From the NCBI RefSeq assembly GCF_963921235.1, contig NC_086108.1, positions 104,410,001-104,474,000 of the forward strand: a stretch of DNA of 64,000 bases, given 5' to 3'. Under the pieces are notes generated by a model. That model was not told where the DNA came from and did not search any database. It saw nothing but the letters and a program-made list of their open reading frames with translations. The position numbers and the translations under genes were made by a program. The number at the start of each line of letters is the position of its first letter. Within the stretch, counting starts at the first letter, position 1. This document shows positions 38,701-49,655 of this stretch, in pieces. This DNA is from Mobula hypostoma (taxonomy: Eukaryota).

Positions 38701-41700
38701 GAAAGCTTATGGGGTGTTAGCTTTCATAAGTCGAGGGATAGAGTTTAAGAGTCGTGATGTAATGATGCAGCTCTATAAAACTCTGGTTAGGCCACACTGG
38801 AGTACTGTGTCCAGTTCTGGTTGCCTCACTATAGGAAGGATGTGGAAGCATTGGAAAGGGTACAGAGGAGATTTACCAGGATGCTGCCTGGTTTAGAGAG
38901 TATGGATTATGACCAGAGATTAAGGGAGCTAGGGTTTTACTCTTTGGAGAGAAGGAGGATGAGAGGAGACATGATAGAGGTGTTCAAGATAATAAGAGGA
39001 ATAGATAGAGTGGATAGCCAGAGCCTCTTCCCCAGGGTACCACTGCTTAATACAAGAGGATATGGCTTTAAGGTAAGGGGTGGGAAGTTCAAGGGGGATA
39101 TTAGAGGAAGGTTTTTTACTCAGAGAGTGGTTGGTGCGTGGAATGCACTGCCTGAGTCAGTGGTGGAGGCAGATACACTAGTGAAGTTTAAGAGACTACT
39201 AGGCAGGTATATGGAGGAATTTAAGGTGGGGGCTTATATGGGAGGCAGGGTTTGAGGGTCGGTGCAACATTGTGGGCCGAAGGGCCTGTACTGTGCTGGA
39301 CTATTCTATGTTCTAATGGCTGGGGTCACCGTCTTGTAAAGACACTACCCAGAAGAAAGCAATGGAAAACCACTTATGTAGAAAAATCTGCCAAAATTAT
39401 TGTCATGGAAAGACCATGATCACCCACATCATACAACAGCAATAACAAACGAATACATAAAAAATGGCTGACTGGCTGACAAACAACCAATATGCAAATA
39501 AGGACAAATAGTGAAAATAAAAAAAATACTGAGAGCACGAGTTGTAGGCTCATGACTTGCAGTATCATGAGGGACTGGGCCCATTGAAGATTGTCTATGT
39601 GTGGGGCCAGATGAGTTTGGTGAGATCCTAATTAACCTGCCCGAGGTGGTGGAGGCAGATAAATTTGGGATGTTTCAGTAAATCTTAGATGGGCACATGG
39701 ATGATAGAAAAATGGAGGGCTATGTGGGAGGAAAGGGGTAGATTGATCTTGACGTAGGTTAAAAGTGATTGCACACATTTGCAAGCCAAAGGGCCTGTAC
39801 TCTGCTTTAGTGTTCTATATTCTGTGAATTTTGAGACTTATGTCCCCTAGTTAATTGTAGGGGTCCGTGGCAATTTAAAAAGTTGGGAAACCCTGCTCTA
39901 GAGGGTAATGAATGGCAGGCAATAAATTAATGCTTTGATATTGTCTTGTTTAAACATTTCTCTTGCAGTTCAATTCACCTTCAAAAATTGAATGCAATGA
40001 AAACAGTCCCACTGGTCCAACTGTGCACTGTGTTGCCTATGTCGTCGATGGAAGCCAATCTCCCATCCTTTCCTTTCCAATGAGAAAAAGAATGCTTGAC
40101 ATTCAGTCAGAAATTAAAAAGCTGGGTGAGTTTTGTGGCCTCAACTATCCATAGTGGATTATAGTCCTGCGGGGGCTCTCCGCACACATTTTACATGCCA
40201 CAGTCCCGAAGAGACATTGGATTGATTGGAGTGAGAGAGAGTTTAAAAGAAGTGAACGGGCCAGCCTGCACAATTTGCATGCCACAATGTGCACACTTTG
40301 GCTTTTGGCAAGGTCCATTAAAAAGTTGCTAGGTTTAGGCTAAGCGGCCGTTGTGTGAGGGGAACAGTGTTGGAGTGGGGAGTTGAGGTTTTGGCTCATC
40401 AAGGTTTTAGTGGGGAGAGTCTAGGCCACAGGTAGATTTTTGTTTGTTGTTTCTTCTTTCTTTATTTCTTATTGCTCATTTAGAGCAGTGGGGAGGCCAG
40501 GCAGGATAATAGATTGCTCCTCTTAAGAGATGTGGGAAGGCAGGGAGACCCCCAGTCTTCCTGACAACTGTACTTGCTCGCAGTGCATCCAGTTGCAGCT
40601 GAAACAGATCAGGTTAAGGAGTTGGAGATGGAACTGGATGAACTCCAACTCATTCGGGAGGCCAAAGGTTTGAAAGACAGGACATATGGGGAGGTAGTTG
40701 CACTCAAAATGCAGGACGCTTGGGTTATTTTCTTGTGTTATAATGGACATTGTTTACTTGGATTTCCAGAAGGCTTTCGATAAGGTGCCGCATATAAGAC
40801 TTATCCGTAAGATAAGGATGCATGGAGTTGGGGGGTGATGTATTAGCATGGATAGAGAATTGGGATACGTGGGTATTACTCTGATTGGCAATCAGTGGTG
40901 AATGGTGTGCCACAGGGGTCAGTGCTGGGCCTGCAAATGTTCACGATGTACATTAACGGACTGGAAGAGGAGACCGAGTGTAGTGTGTTTAAGTTTGCTG
41001 ATGATACTAAATTGAGTGGAAAGGCAAATTGTGCGGAAGGTACGGAGAGTCTGCAGAGAGAGATAGATAGGTTAAGTGAGTGGGCAAGGGTCTGGCAGGT
41101 GGAGTACAGAGTTAATAAATGTGAGGTCATCCACTTTGGAAGGAAAAATAGAAGAGCAGATTGTTATTTAAATGGTAAAAATTGCAGCGTACTGCTGTGC
41201 AGAGGGACTTGGGAGTGCTTGCGCATGAATCACTAAAGGTTGGTTTGCAGATGCAGCAGGCTATCAAGAAGGCCAATGGAATGTTGGCCTTCATTGTTAG
41301 AGGGATTGAATTTAAGAGTAAGGCAGTTATGCTGTAACTGTACAGGGTAGAGGTGAGGCTGCACCTGGAGTACTGTGTGCAGTTCTGGTCTCCTTACTTG
41401 AGGAAGGATGTACTGGCTTTGGAGGTGATGCAGAAGAGGTTCACCAGGTTGAGTCCCGAGATGAGGGGATTAGACTATGAGGAGAGATTGAGTCACCTGG
41501 GACTGTACTCCCTGGAATTCAGAAGAATGAGATGAGATCTTATACGAACATATAAAATTAGCAATGGGATGGATAAGGCAGAGGCAGGAAAGTTGTTTCC
41601 ACTGGCAGGTGAGACTAGAACTAGGGGACATAGCCTCAAGATTTGGGGGAGTAGATTTAGGATGAAGATGAGGAGGAAATTCTTTTCCCAGAGGGTGGTG

Positions 41701-44700
41701 AATCTGTGGAATTCTCTGCCTAATGAAGCAGTGGAGGATATCTCAGTAAATATATTTAAGACAAGATTGGATAGATTTTTGCATAGTAGGGAAATTAAGG
41801 GTTATGGGGAAAAGGCAGGTTTACGGAGTTGAGTCCATGGCCAGATCAACCATGATTTTACTGAATGGCGGAGCAGACTCGAGAAGCCAAATGGCCTATT
41901 CCTGCTCCTATTTCTTATGTTCTTATGACACAGGTAATTGGGTGACCATCAGGAGCAGAAAAGGGGATAGGTAGAGTACCCCTGTGGCCATTCCCCTCAA
42001 CATTTGGGTGTGACCTAGCAGAGAAAGGGCACAACAATCAGGTCTCTGGCACTGAGTCTGACTCTGTGGCTCAGGAAGAAAAGGGAGGGAAGAGGGGAGC
42101 TGCAGTGATTGGGGATTCATTGGCTAGGGGAACAGAAAGGACGTTCTGTTGATGAGAACAGAATTCCTGGATAGTTTGTTGCTTTCCGGGTGTCAGGGTC
42201 CAAGTCGTCTCGGATCGAATCCTCAGCATTCTTAAGTGGGAGGGTGAGCAGCCAAAGGTTGTGTTCCATATCAGTACCCATGTCTTGGGTAGGAAGTGTG
42301 ATGAGGCTCTGTAAAGTGAATTCAGGGGGTTAGGTCCTAAGTTAAAGGACAGGACGTCCAGGGTTCTGGTCTCAGGATTGCTACCCATGCCACACGCTAG
42401 TAAGGGCAGAAATTGGAAGATTGTACCATTTTTAACTTGGGGCTAAGGATTTGGTGCAGGAGGAAGGGTTTCAGATTTTTGGATTATTGGGCTCTTCCAG
42501 GGAAGGTGGGACCTGTACAGAAAAGACGGTTTGCGCCTGAATTGGAGGGGCACTAATGTCCTAGCTGGAAATTGTGCTAGTGTTGCATGGAGCTGGGTGT
42601 TGAGGTTTAAACAGATAGTGCAGTGGTTGTGGAGATGCATGTTGCTTAGACTACAAACAAGATAGTGTATTGGTTGTGGAGATGCATGTTGTTTAGACTA
42701 CAAAGTCAGAGATCAAAAATTGAATTGGTGAGACTAATGTTAGAGCAGCCTTTGTTGGACTGGACTGTGTCAGAGTGGTTCTTTGAGGCTTTAGCTCTTC
42801 AAAGCTTCAGCAAGGAGAGGCTTGAGTGAGAGAAGGCAAAAAATAAACTGTAGATAGATTTTTCCAGTTTATTTAATAATTCTTTTTTATATCTGTACAA
42901 TTAGAACTGTAGGGATGCCAAGGAGGATAGTGAAATGCTCCTGTTGTGGGAAGACAGCTCCGTGTCCCTGATGACTTCATCGGCCAGAGGCGGAACCAGC
43001 TGCTGCTTCCAATGCTCAGTGTTAAGGAGTTGGTGCTGGAACTGGATGAACTCTGGATCATTCGGGAGGCTGAGAGGGTGATAGATAGGACATATAGAGG
43101 TACAGCCAAGATGCAGGACATGAAATTGGGTGACAGGAAGGGGGAAAGGGTTAAGGAGCCAGTGCAGAGTACCCATGTGGCCATCCCCCTCAACAACAGG
43201 TATATCACTTTGGAAACTGTTGAGAAGGTTTCTAGTGCTGCGTTGGGTGGTGGTTTAAACCAGAGTTGCAGGGTGATGGGAACCAGAGAGTCAGAACAGA
43301 TAGTGGAAAGGATGTGGAGACAGATGGTGTTAAGATATGAGGAAGTCACAAATCAAAAGATTGAGCATGGTGCGACCAATGTTCTGAGCTGCATATACTT
43401 CAAAACAAGAAGTATTGTCAGAAAGGCAGATAAGCTCAGGGCTTGGATCAACACATAGAATTATGGCATCATAGCCATTAGTGAGGCTTGGTTGCAGGAG
43501 GGGCAGGACTGGCAGCTGAATATTCCAGGGTTCCATTGTTTTAGATGAGACAGAGCAGGAGGGATTAAAGAGGACGGGTTACGTTACCAGTTGGAAAATG
43601 TCATGGCAGTACTCATTCAGGACGAACTGGAGAACTGGTCTAGTGAGGCTTTATAGGTGGAACTGAAGAATACGAAAGGTACGACCACATTAGTGAGGCT
43701 GCATCATAGATCACCCAACAGTTCATGGAATTTAGGGGAACAAATTTGTAGAGTGATCACATACTGTTGCAAGAAACGTTTGGTTGTTATAGTAGGTGAT
43801 TTTTAACATTCCACATTGACTGAGGATCGCACACTGTAAAAGGACTATACGGGATAGAGTTTGTCAGGTGTTCTCAGGAAAGTTTCCTTAATCAGTACAT
43901 AGAAGTACCATCGAGAGAGTTATGCAGTTCTTCATTTGCTATTAGAGAATGAGACAGGGCAGGTGACAACATTTTGTGTAGGGGAACACCTTGCATCTAG
44001 TGATCATGATGCCATTAGTTTGAAAGTAAATATGGAAAAGGATAGGCCTGATCCTTGGGTTGAGTTTCTAAACTGGAGGCGGCCAGTTTGATGGTATCAG
44101 CATGGGTCTGGCAAGCGTAGATTGTGAAAAGTTGTTTTCTGGCAAATGGGTATCTGTTAAGTGGGAGGTCTTCAAAAGTGAAATTTTGAGAGTACAAAGC
44201 TTGATTGTGCCTGTCAGAATAGAAGATAAAAAGAAGAAAGAAGGTGCATTGCAGTCATAGGCAGGGAAAAACAAATGAAGTACTTACGGAGTCTAAGACT
44301 TGCAAGAGAACACTTAATAATGAAATCAGGAGGGCTAAGAGAAGGCATGAGATTGCCCTAGCAGAGAAGGCGAAGGAGAATCCTAAGGGATTCTACAGAT
44401 ATGTTAAGAGCAAAGGGACTGCAAGAGACAAAATTTGTCCTCTGGAAGATCAGTATGGTAATCTATGTGTGGAATTCTTAAAAGGAATGTTTACATCTGT
44501 ATTTACCCGGGAGACAGACACAGAGCCTATAGAAGTGAGGCAAAGCAGCAGGGAGGTCATGGACCCTATTCAGGCTACGGAGGAGGAGATGCTTGCTGTC
44601 TTGAGGCAAATTAGGGTGGATAAATCCCCAGGGCATGACAATGTGTTCCCTTCGATCCTGGAGGAGGCAACTGCAGAAATAGCAGGTGCCCTAGCAGAAA

Positions 44701-47700
44701 TATCATCCAGGTGAAGTACCAAAGGATTGAAGGATAGCTAATGTTGTTCCATTGTTTAAGAAAGGCTCTAAAAATGTACCAGGAGATTAGAGGCCAGTGA
44801 GCTTGCCATCAGTAGTTGGAAAGTTATTGGAAGGTATTCTGAAGGACTGGATATATAGGTATTTGCATAGACATAGATTGATCAGGGATGATCAGCATGG
44901 CTTTGTGCCTGATGGGTCACATGTAAGCAATCTTATAGAGTTTTTTGAGGAAGTTACCAGACAAGTTGATGAAGGGAAGGCAGTGGATGTTGTGCACTTG
45001 GAATTTAGCAAGACATTTGACAAGGTCCCGCATGGGAGGTTGGTCAAGAAGGTTTGGTTGCTCGGTATTCAAGGTGAGGTGGTAAATTGGATTAGATATT
45101 GGCTTTGTGGGAGAAGCCAGACAGTGGCAGTAGATGGTTGCCCCTCTGACAAGAGGCATCTTACTAGTGGAGTGCCTCAGGGATTGGTGCAGGGTCGATT
45201 GTTTGTCATTTATATCAATGATCTGGATGACAATGTGGTTAACTGGATCACAGCTTTCCAGATGACACCAAAATTGGGGGTGCAGTGGACAGTGAGAAAG
45301 ACTATCAGAGCTTGCAGCAGGATCTGGACCAGCTACAAAAATGGGCTGAAAAATGGGAGATGGAATTTAATGCAGACAGATGAGAGGTATTGCACTTCAA
45401 TAGGACTAACCTGGGTAAGTCTTGCACAGTGAACAGTAGGACACTGAGGATTGAAAGGAGATTTGATAGAGCTATACAAAATTATGAGGGGTGTAGGTAG
45501 AGTAATTGCACCAGGCTTTTTCCACTGATTTAGGTGGGACAACAGCCAGAGGTCAAGGGTTAAGGGTGAAAGACGACAAATTTAATGGGAGCATGAGGGG
45601 AAACATCTTCATTCAGAGGGGCATGTGAGTGTGGAATGAGTTGCCAGTACAAGTGGTGCATGCAAGCTGTGTAGGGCTATCGTTCCGGTGCAGGTAATTG
45701 GGAGTAGGCAGTTTAAGTGGTTGGGCATGGACTAAATGGGCTGAAGGGACTGTTTCTGTGTTGTATTTTTCTATGACTCCATGACTCTTTTAGGTACACA
45801 TGTCAACTGCTGGTTAATGCAAATATATAATCTGCAATGTGTCAATAACTCAGTGCATAAAAGCATGCTGACATGGTCAAGAGGTTCATTTGTTGCTCTG
45901 CCAAGCATCAGAATTGGGAAGAAATGTGATTGAAGTGACTTTGAGTGTGGAATGATTGATGGCACTAGTTTGAACCAATCTGGCCATTCTTCCCTGACCT
46001 CTCTCATTAACAAGGCTGTTTCACCCACCGAACTATATTTTTTTCACACCATTCTCTGTAAATTCTAGAGACTGTTGTGCATGAGAATCCCAGCAGATCC
46101 GCAATTTCTGAGATACTCAAACCACCCAGTCTGGCATCAACAATCATTCCGTAGTCAAAGTCACTTGGATCACATTTCTTTCCCATTCTGATGTTTGGTC
46201 TGAACAAAAATGGAACCTCTTGACCATGGCTGCATGCTTTCAAGCACTGAGTTGCTGCCACATTATTGGCTGATTATATTTTTGCATCAACTAGCAGGTG
46301 TATCTAATAAAGTGACCACTGAGTAGACCATAAGATATAGGAATAGAATTAGGCCATTTGGCCCATCAAGTCTGCTCTGACATTTCATCATGGTTGATCC
46401 AATTTTCCTCTCAGCCCCACTCTCCTGCCTTGTCCCTCTATCCCTTCATGCCCTGACCAATCAAGAATCTATCAACCTTTACCTTAAATATACATACAGT
46501 CTTGGCCTCCATCTACCTGTGGCAACCACTCTCTGGCTAAAGAAATCCCTCCTCATCTCTGTTCTAAAAGGATGCCACTCTATCCTGAGGCTGTGTCCTC
46601 TGGTCTTAGGCTCTCCCACCGTAGGAAACATATTCTCCACATCTGCTCTATCAAGGCCTTTCACCATTTGATAGGGTTCAAATGAATAATTACTTTGGTT
46701 CTGTCTTCACTAAGGAGGACATAAATAATCTTCCAGAAATAGTAAGGGACAGAGGGTCCAGTGAGATGGAGGAACTGAGCGAAATACATGTTAGTAGGGA
46801 AGTGGTGTTAGGTAAATTGAAGGGATTGAAGGCAGATAAATCCCCAGGGCCAGATGGTCTGCATCCCAGAGTGCTTAAGGAAGTGGCCCAAGAAATAGTG
46901 GATGCATTAGTGATAATTTTTCAAAACTCGTTAGATTCTGGACTAGTTCCTGAGGATTGGAGGGTGGCTAATGTAACCCCACTTTTTAAAAAAGGAGGGA
47001 GAGAGAAACCGGGGAATTATAGGCCGGTTAGCCTAACGTCGGTGGTGGGGAAACTGCTGGAGTCAGTTATCAAGGATGTGATAACAGCACATTTGGAAAG
47101 CGGTGAAATGATCGGACAAAGTCAGCATGGATTTGTGAAAGGAAAATCATGTCTGACGAATCTCATAGAATTTTTTGAGGATGTAACTAGTAGAGTGGAT
47201 AGGGGAGAACCAGTGGATGTGGTATATTTGGATTTTCAAAAGGCTTTTGACAAGGTCCCACATAGGAGATTAGTGTGCAAACTTAAAGCACACGGTATTG
47301 GGGGTAAGGTATTGGTGTGGGTGGAGAATTGGTTAGCAGACAGGAAGCAAAGAGTGGGAATAAACGGGACCTTTTCAGAATGGCAGGCGGTGACTAGTGG
47401 GGTACCGCAAGGCTCAGTGCTGGGACCCCAGTTGTTTACAATATATATTAATGACTTGGATGAGGGAATTAAATGCAGCATCTCCAAGTTTGCGGATGAC
47501 ACGAAGCTGGGTGGCAGTGTTAGCAGTGAGGAGGATGCTAAGAGGATGCAGGGTGACTTGGATAGGTTGGGTGAGTGGGCAAACTCATGGCAGATGCAAT
47601 TTAATGTGGATAAATGTGAAGTTATCCACTTTGGTGGCAAAAATAGGAAAACAGATTATTATCTGAATGGTGGCCGATTAGGAAAAGGGGAGGTGCAACG

Positions 47701-49226
47701 AGACCTGGGTGTCATTATACACCAGTCATTGAAAGTGGGCATGCAGGTACAGCAGGCGGTGAAAAAGGCGAACGGTATGCTGGCATTTATAGCGAGAGGA
47801 TTCGAGTACAGGAGCAGGGAGGTACTACTGCAGTTGTACAAGGCCTTGGTGAGACCACACCTGGAGTATTGTGTGCAGTTTTGGTCCCCTAATCTGAGGA
47901 AAGACATCTTTGCCATAGAGGGAGTACAAAGAAGGTTCACCAGATTGATTCCTGGGATGGCAGGTCTTTCATATGAAGAAAGACTGGATGAACTGGGCTT
48001 GTACTCGTTGGAATTTAGAAGATTGAGGGGGGATCTGATTGAAACGTATAAGATCCTAAAGGGATTGGACAGGCTAGATGCAGGAAGATTGTTCCCGATG
48101 TTGGGGAGGTCTAGAACGAGGGGTCACAGTTTGAGGATAGAGGGGAAGCCTTTTAGGACCGAGGTTAGGAAAAACTTCTTCACACAGAGAGTGGTGAATC
48201 TGTGGAATTCTCTGCCACAGCAAACTGTTGAGGCCAGTTCATTAGCTATGTTTAAAAGGAAGTTAGATATGGCCCTTGTGGCTACAGGGGTCAGGGGGTA
48301 TGGAGGGAAGGCTGGGTTCTGAGTTGGATGATCAGCCATGATCATAATAAATGGCGGTGCAGGCTCGAAGGGCCGAATGGCCTACTCCTGCACCTATTTT
48401 CTATGTTTCTATGTTTCTATGTTTCAATGAGGTCGCTCCTCATTCTTCTGAATTCCAGCAAATACAGGCCCAGAAGAATCAAACGCTCTTCATATGACAA
48501 GCCTTTCAAACCTGGAATAATTTTCATGAACGTCCTTTGAACCCTTATCAGTTTCAGCATATGCTTTCTTAGATAAGGGGCCTAAACCTGCTCACAATAT
48601 TCTGAGTTTTTATAAAGTCTCAACATTACATCTAGTCTTCTTGAATGTTAAAGTCGCATTTTCCTCCCTCACCAGGCTCGATCTGCAAATCAACCTTTAG
48701 GAAAACCTCTCATGTCCCTTTTCACCTCAGTTTTTTGTATTTTCTCTCCATTTAGAAAATACATGTCACTTCTTGACACTATTCCATCTGTCATTTCTGT
48801 GCCAATTCTCCTAATCTGTTTTAAGTCCTTAAGTAGCCTCTCTACTTCCTCAGAACAACCTGCCCTTGCACCTATCTTTGCATTGTCTGCAAAGTTTGCA
48901 ACAAAGCCATCAATTCCATCATCAAAATCATTATATTGTCTATATTTGTATATCCATGGATGCTTGCGGTTTACATTTTGGCTGCCATATTTCTTTATGT
49001 CAACAGCAGCATCACTTCAGAAATAGCTTATTTGCTGTGAAGCGCTTTAGTTTTGAATATCTTTTCAATGTGAAATGCTGCTGATATGGTGGAGACTCTA
49101 ACAAACAACTTGCTTCATCTTTTAGGCATACCGCAGATCGTTTTACTAACAAAGGTGGATAAAGCGTGCACTTTAGTTGCAAAAGATTTGAAATATGTTT
49201 ATCGGAGTGAACACATTACCAATAAG
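11274..49226 (+). CDS. IFI44L: Interferon-induced protein 44-like (TLDc + P-loop GTPase-like), multi-exon, 3'-incomplete: join(11274-11760,11851-11890,32427-32616,35520-35666,39969-40125,49126-49226)
   Basis: Six exons with canonical AG/GT boundaries and compatible phases (1,2,0,0,1,0) splice into a stop-free 1122-nt frame. N-terminal TLDc motifs ([37 protein letters not shown]) are followed by GTPase motifs [12 protein letters not shown] and TKVD, the IFI44-family architecture. The symbol is family-level; IFI44 versus IFI44L orthology cannot be resolved here. Confidence 0.93.
11851..11890 (+). CDS. IFI44L: IFI44-like 40-nt micro-exon (linker, [13 protein letters not shown])
   Basis: tcttttgcag| acceptor and CAAG|gtaagt donor; phase 1 to phase 2 fits both neighbours. 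Confidence 0.88.
12633..12986 (-). mobile_element. 5'-truncated Rex1/Babar-like LINE at an inversion breakpoint
   Basis: tttatac-type tail at 12633-12662; the minus strand encodes the typical C-terminus ([24 protein letters not shown]). Confidence 0.8.
15810..15847 (-). ncRNA. Minimal type-I hammerhead ribozyme, left-arm copy
   Basis: Minus strand reads TAGTC-CTGACGA-AGGGTCTCGGCCT-GAAAC-GTT-GACTG, with palindromic AACGTT and a GUU triplet. Confidence 0.75.
18558..18595 (+). ncRNA. Minimal type-I hammerhead ribozyme in the Penelope pseudo-LTR
   Basis: CAGTC-CTGACGA-A-GGGTCTCGGCCT-GAAAC-GTC-GACTG. Both core boxes are present, with helix II, helix I (CAGTC/GACTG) and a GUC cleavage triplet. 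Confidence 0.78.
19626..19790 (+). mobile_element. SINE half, orientation flipped relative to its other half at 20736-20862
   Basis: The reverse complement (...gcatgcccacaactcactaataatcccgtat) continues naturally into ccttggaatgtggg...aaacc at 20736. Confidence 0.6.
19967..20735 (+). mobile_element. CR1 LINE 3' part (ORF2 C-terminus, 3' UTR, tcttatgg tail), continuation of the element broken at 12985
   Basis: Starts cagactattatctaaatgggg, the bases that follow ...aaataaacgga in the intact sister copy near 58580-58610. ORF 20008-20643 is nearly identical to 58050-58553. Confidence 0.9.
20736..20862 (-). mobile_element. tRNA-head SINE half
   Basis: ttggaatgtggg..aaacc..cacccagaagaaaccc..gggagaaagtacaaact..cagacag..gggaattg, the pattern of fish V/CORE-type SINEs read antisense. 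Confidence 0.6.
21055..26490 (-). mobile_element. Near full-length decayed CR1 (ORF1 ~25370-26226, fragmented ORF2) with nested Rex1 (21971-23143) and CR1 tail (23860-24058)
   Basis: ORF1 [11 protein letters not shown]...VHVGTND; ORF2 pieces [37 protein letters not shown]. Confidence 0.88.
21971..23143 (-). mobile_element. Rex1/Babar-like LINE, 5'-truncated, (CTAAT)n tail
   Basis: [51 protein letters not shown]. Confidence 0.88.
26495..28570 (+). mobile_element. Decayed CR1 ORF2 3' half
   Basis: [30 protein letters not shown], 3' UTR. Confidence 0.82.
27311..27515 (-). mobile_element. tRNA-derived SINE with (CAA)n tail and 11-bp TSD
   Basis: Minus strand has A-box-like TGGTGTAGTGA and B-box GGTTCAAATCC. 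TSD AGTGGCTGATT at 27300-27310 and 27516-27526. Confidence 0.82.
28853..31050 (-). mobile_element. Young 5'-truncated CR1 LINE (694-aa open RT frame with small in-frame deletions)
   Basis: ORF 28955-31039, (TTTCTATG)n tail, nearly identical to 46681-48421. Confidence 0.93.
31358..32036 (+). mobile_element. Solo LTR (Gypsy-like)
   Basis: TGTAAG...CTACA termini and 4-bp TSD GTAT (31354-31357, 32037-32040). Confidence 0.82.
32041..32392. mobile_element. Decayed Penelope remnant with internal inversion (pseudo-LTR minus, GIY-YIG piece plus)
   Basis: 32041-32210 resembles 15746-15950; 32218-32392 encodes [27 protein letters not shown]. Confidence 0.65.
32427..32616 (+). CDS. IFI44L: IFI44-like exon with Walker A/G1 ([13 protein letters not shown]...[16 protein letters not shown]...GNTTTK)
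   Basis: gtcaatag|G acceptor completes the AG+G Arg codon; AAA|gtaaga donor; P-loop GxxGxGKS. Confidence 0.92.
32630..33475 (-). mobile_element. Rex1/Babar-like LINE fragment
   Basis: [41 protein letters not shown]. Confidence 0.8.
33565..35200 (-). mobile_element. Decayed CR1 ORF2 3' part
   Basis: [31 protein letters not shown]. Confidence 0.82.
35520..35666 (+). CDS. IFI44L: IFI44-like exon with G3 motif (FSKY...LILCDTLGL...[11 protein letters not shown])
   Basis: tcattacag| acceptor, CAG|gtatcg donor, 147 nt, phase 0-0, DxxG motif. Confidence 0.92.
36810..37430 (+). mobile_element. CR1 3' fragment
   Basis: [19 protein letters not shown] and 3' UTR. Confidence 0.75.
37780..39315 (+). 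mobile_element. 5'-truncated CR1 (RT to 3' UTR)
   Basis: [32 protein letters not shown], ttctatgttcta tail. Confidence 0.88.
39969..40125 (+). CDS. IFI44L: IFI44-like exon (FNSPSKI...[11 protein letters not shown]...EIKKL)
   Basis: ttctcttgcag| acceptor, CTGG|gtgagt donor; HCVAYVVD is characteristic of the IFI44 family. Confidence 0.92.
40230..45785 (+). mobile_element. Stack of decayed sense-oriented CR1 elements: ORF1 remnants ~40490-40720, 41925-42620 and 42910-43260; RT pieces 40720-41925 and 43370-45785
   Basis: Repeated ORF1 ([15 protein letters not shown]) and ORF2 ([14 protein letters not shown]) motifs with frameshifts. Confidence 0.8.
45788..46325. mobile_element. Tc1/mariner-derived fold-back (MITE-like) element
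   Basis: ~45850-45975 is an inverted repeat of ~46120-46245. Terminus aggtgtatctaataaagtgaccactgagta. Minus strand encodes [46 protein letters not shown]. Confidence 0.8.
46681..48421 (+). mobile_element. Young 5'-truncated CR1 LINE (546-aa open RT frame) nested in an older antisense CR1 (46326-46680 and 48422-48930)
   Basis: ORF 46682-48322 with FADD and a (TTTCTATG)n tail. Confidence 0.93.
49126..49226 (+). CDS. IFI44L: IFI44-like exon with G4 motif ([15 protein letters not shown]...[10 protein letters not shown])
   Basis: catcttttag|GC acceptor completes the Gly codon; AAG|gtattt donor; TKVD G4 motif. Confidence 0.92.
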
Positions 49227-49454
49227 GTATTTGCTTCATTTCAATACCTTTATTATAGAGATAAAATGATATAATTTAAAACACACTTGTCTAGCTTGAT
49301 TCTGGATGTGATTTGGAGGGATATGGACCTAACATAGGAAATTGGGAACTGTGCTGGGCATGGATGTTAGACCGAAGGGCCTATATCCGTGCTGTATTGC
49401 TCTATGACTCCATGTCCTTAATTTAAACCTTAATTTGCTCATATAGAGCTTCAA

Positions 49455-49655
49455 GACAATGCAGGTGCTGGAATCTAGAGCAATGCACAAAAAGTCAGAG
49501 GAGCTCAGCAGGTCAGTCAGCTTCTTTAGAGGGAAATGGACCGTTGACATTTAGGCCAATTCCTCTCGAGGGCCATCGAGATCAGCTGGAAAGTCGATGC
49601 TTCATTTCCATCTGTAAATGTTACCTAACATGCTGAGCTCCAGCTTTTTGTCTAC
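49455..49655. mobile_element. Degenerate palindromic Penelope-end element
   Basis: gagctcagca...tgctgagctc inverted arms, resembling 9132-9391. Confidence 0.5.
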
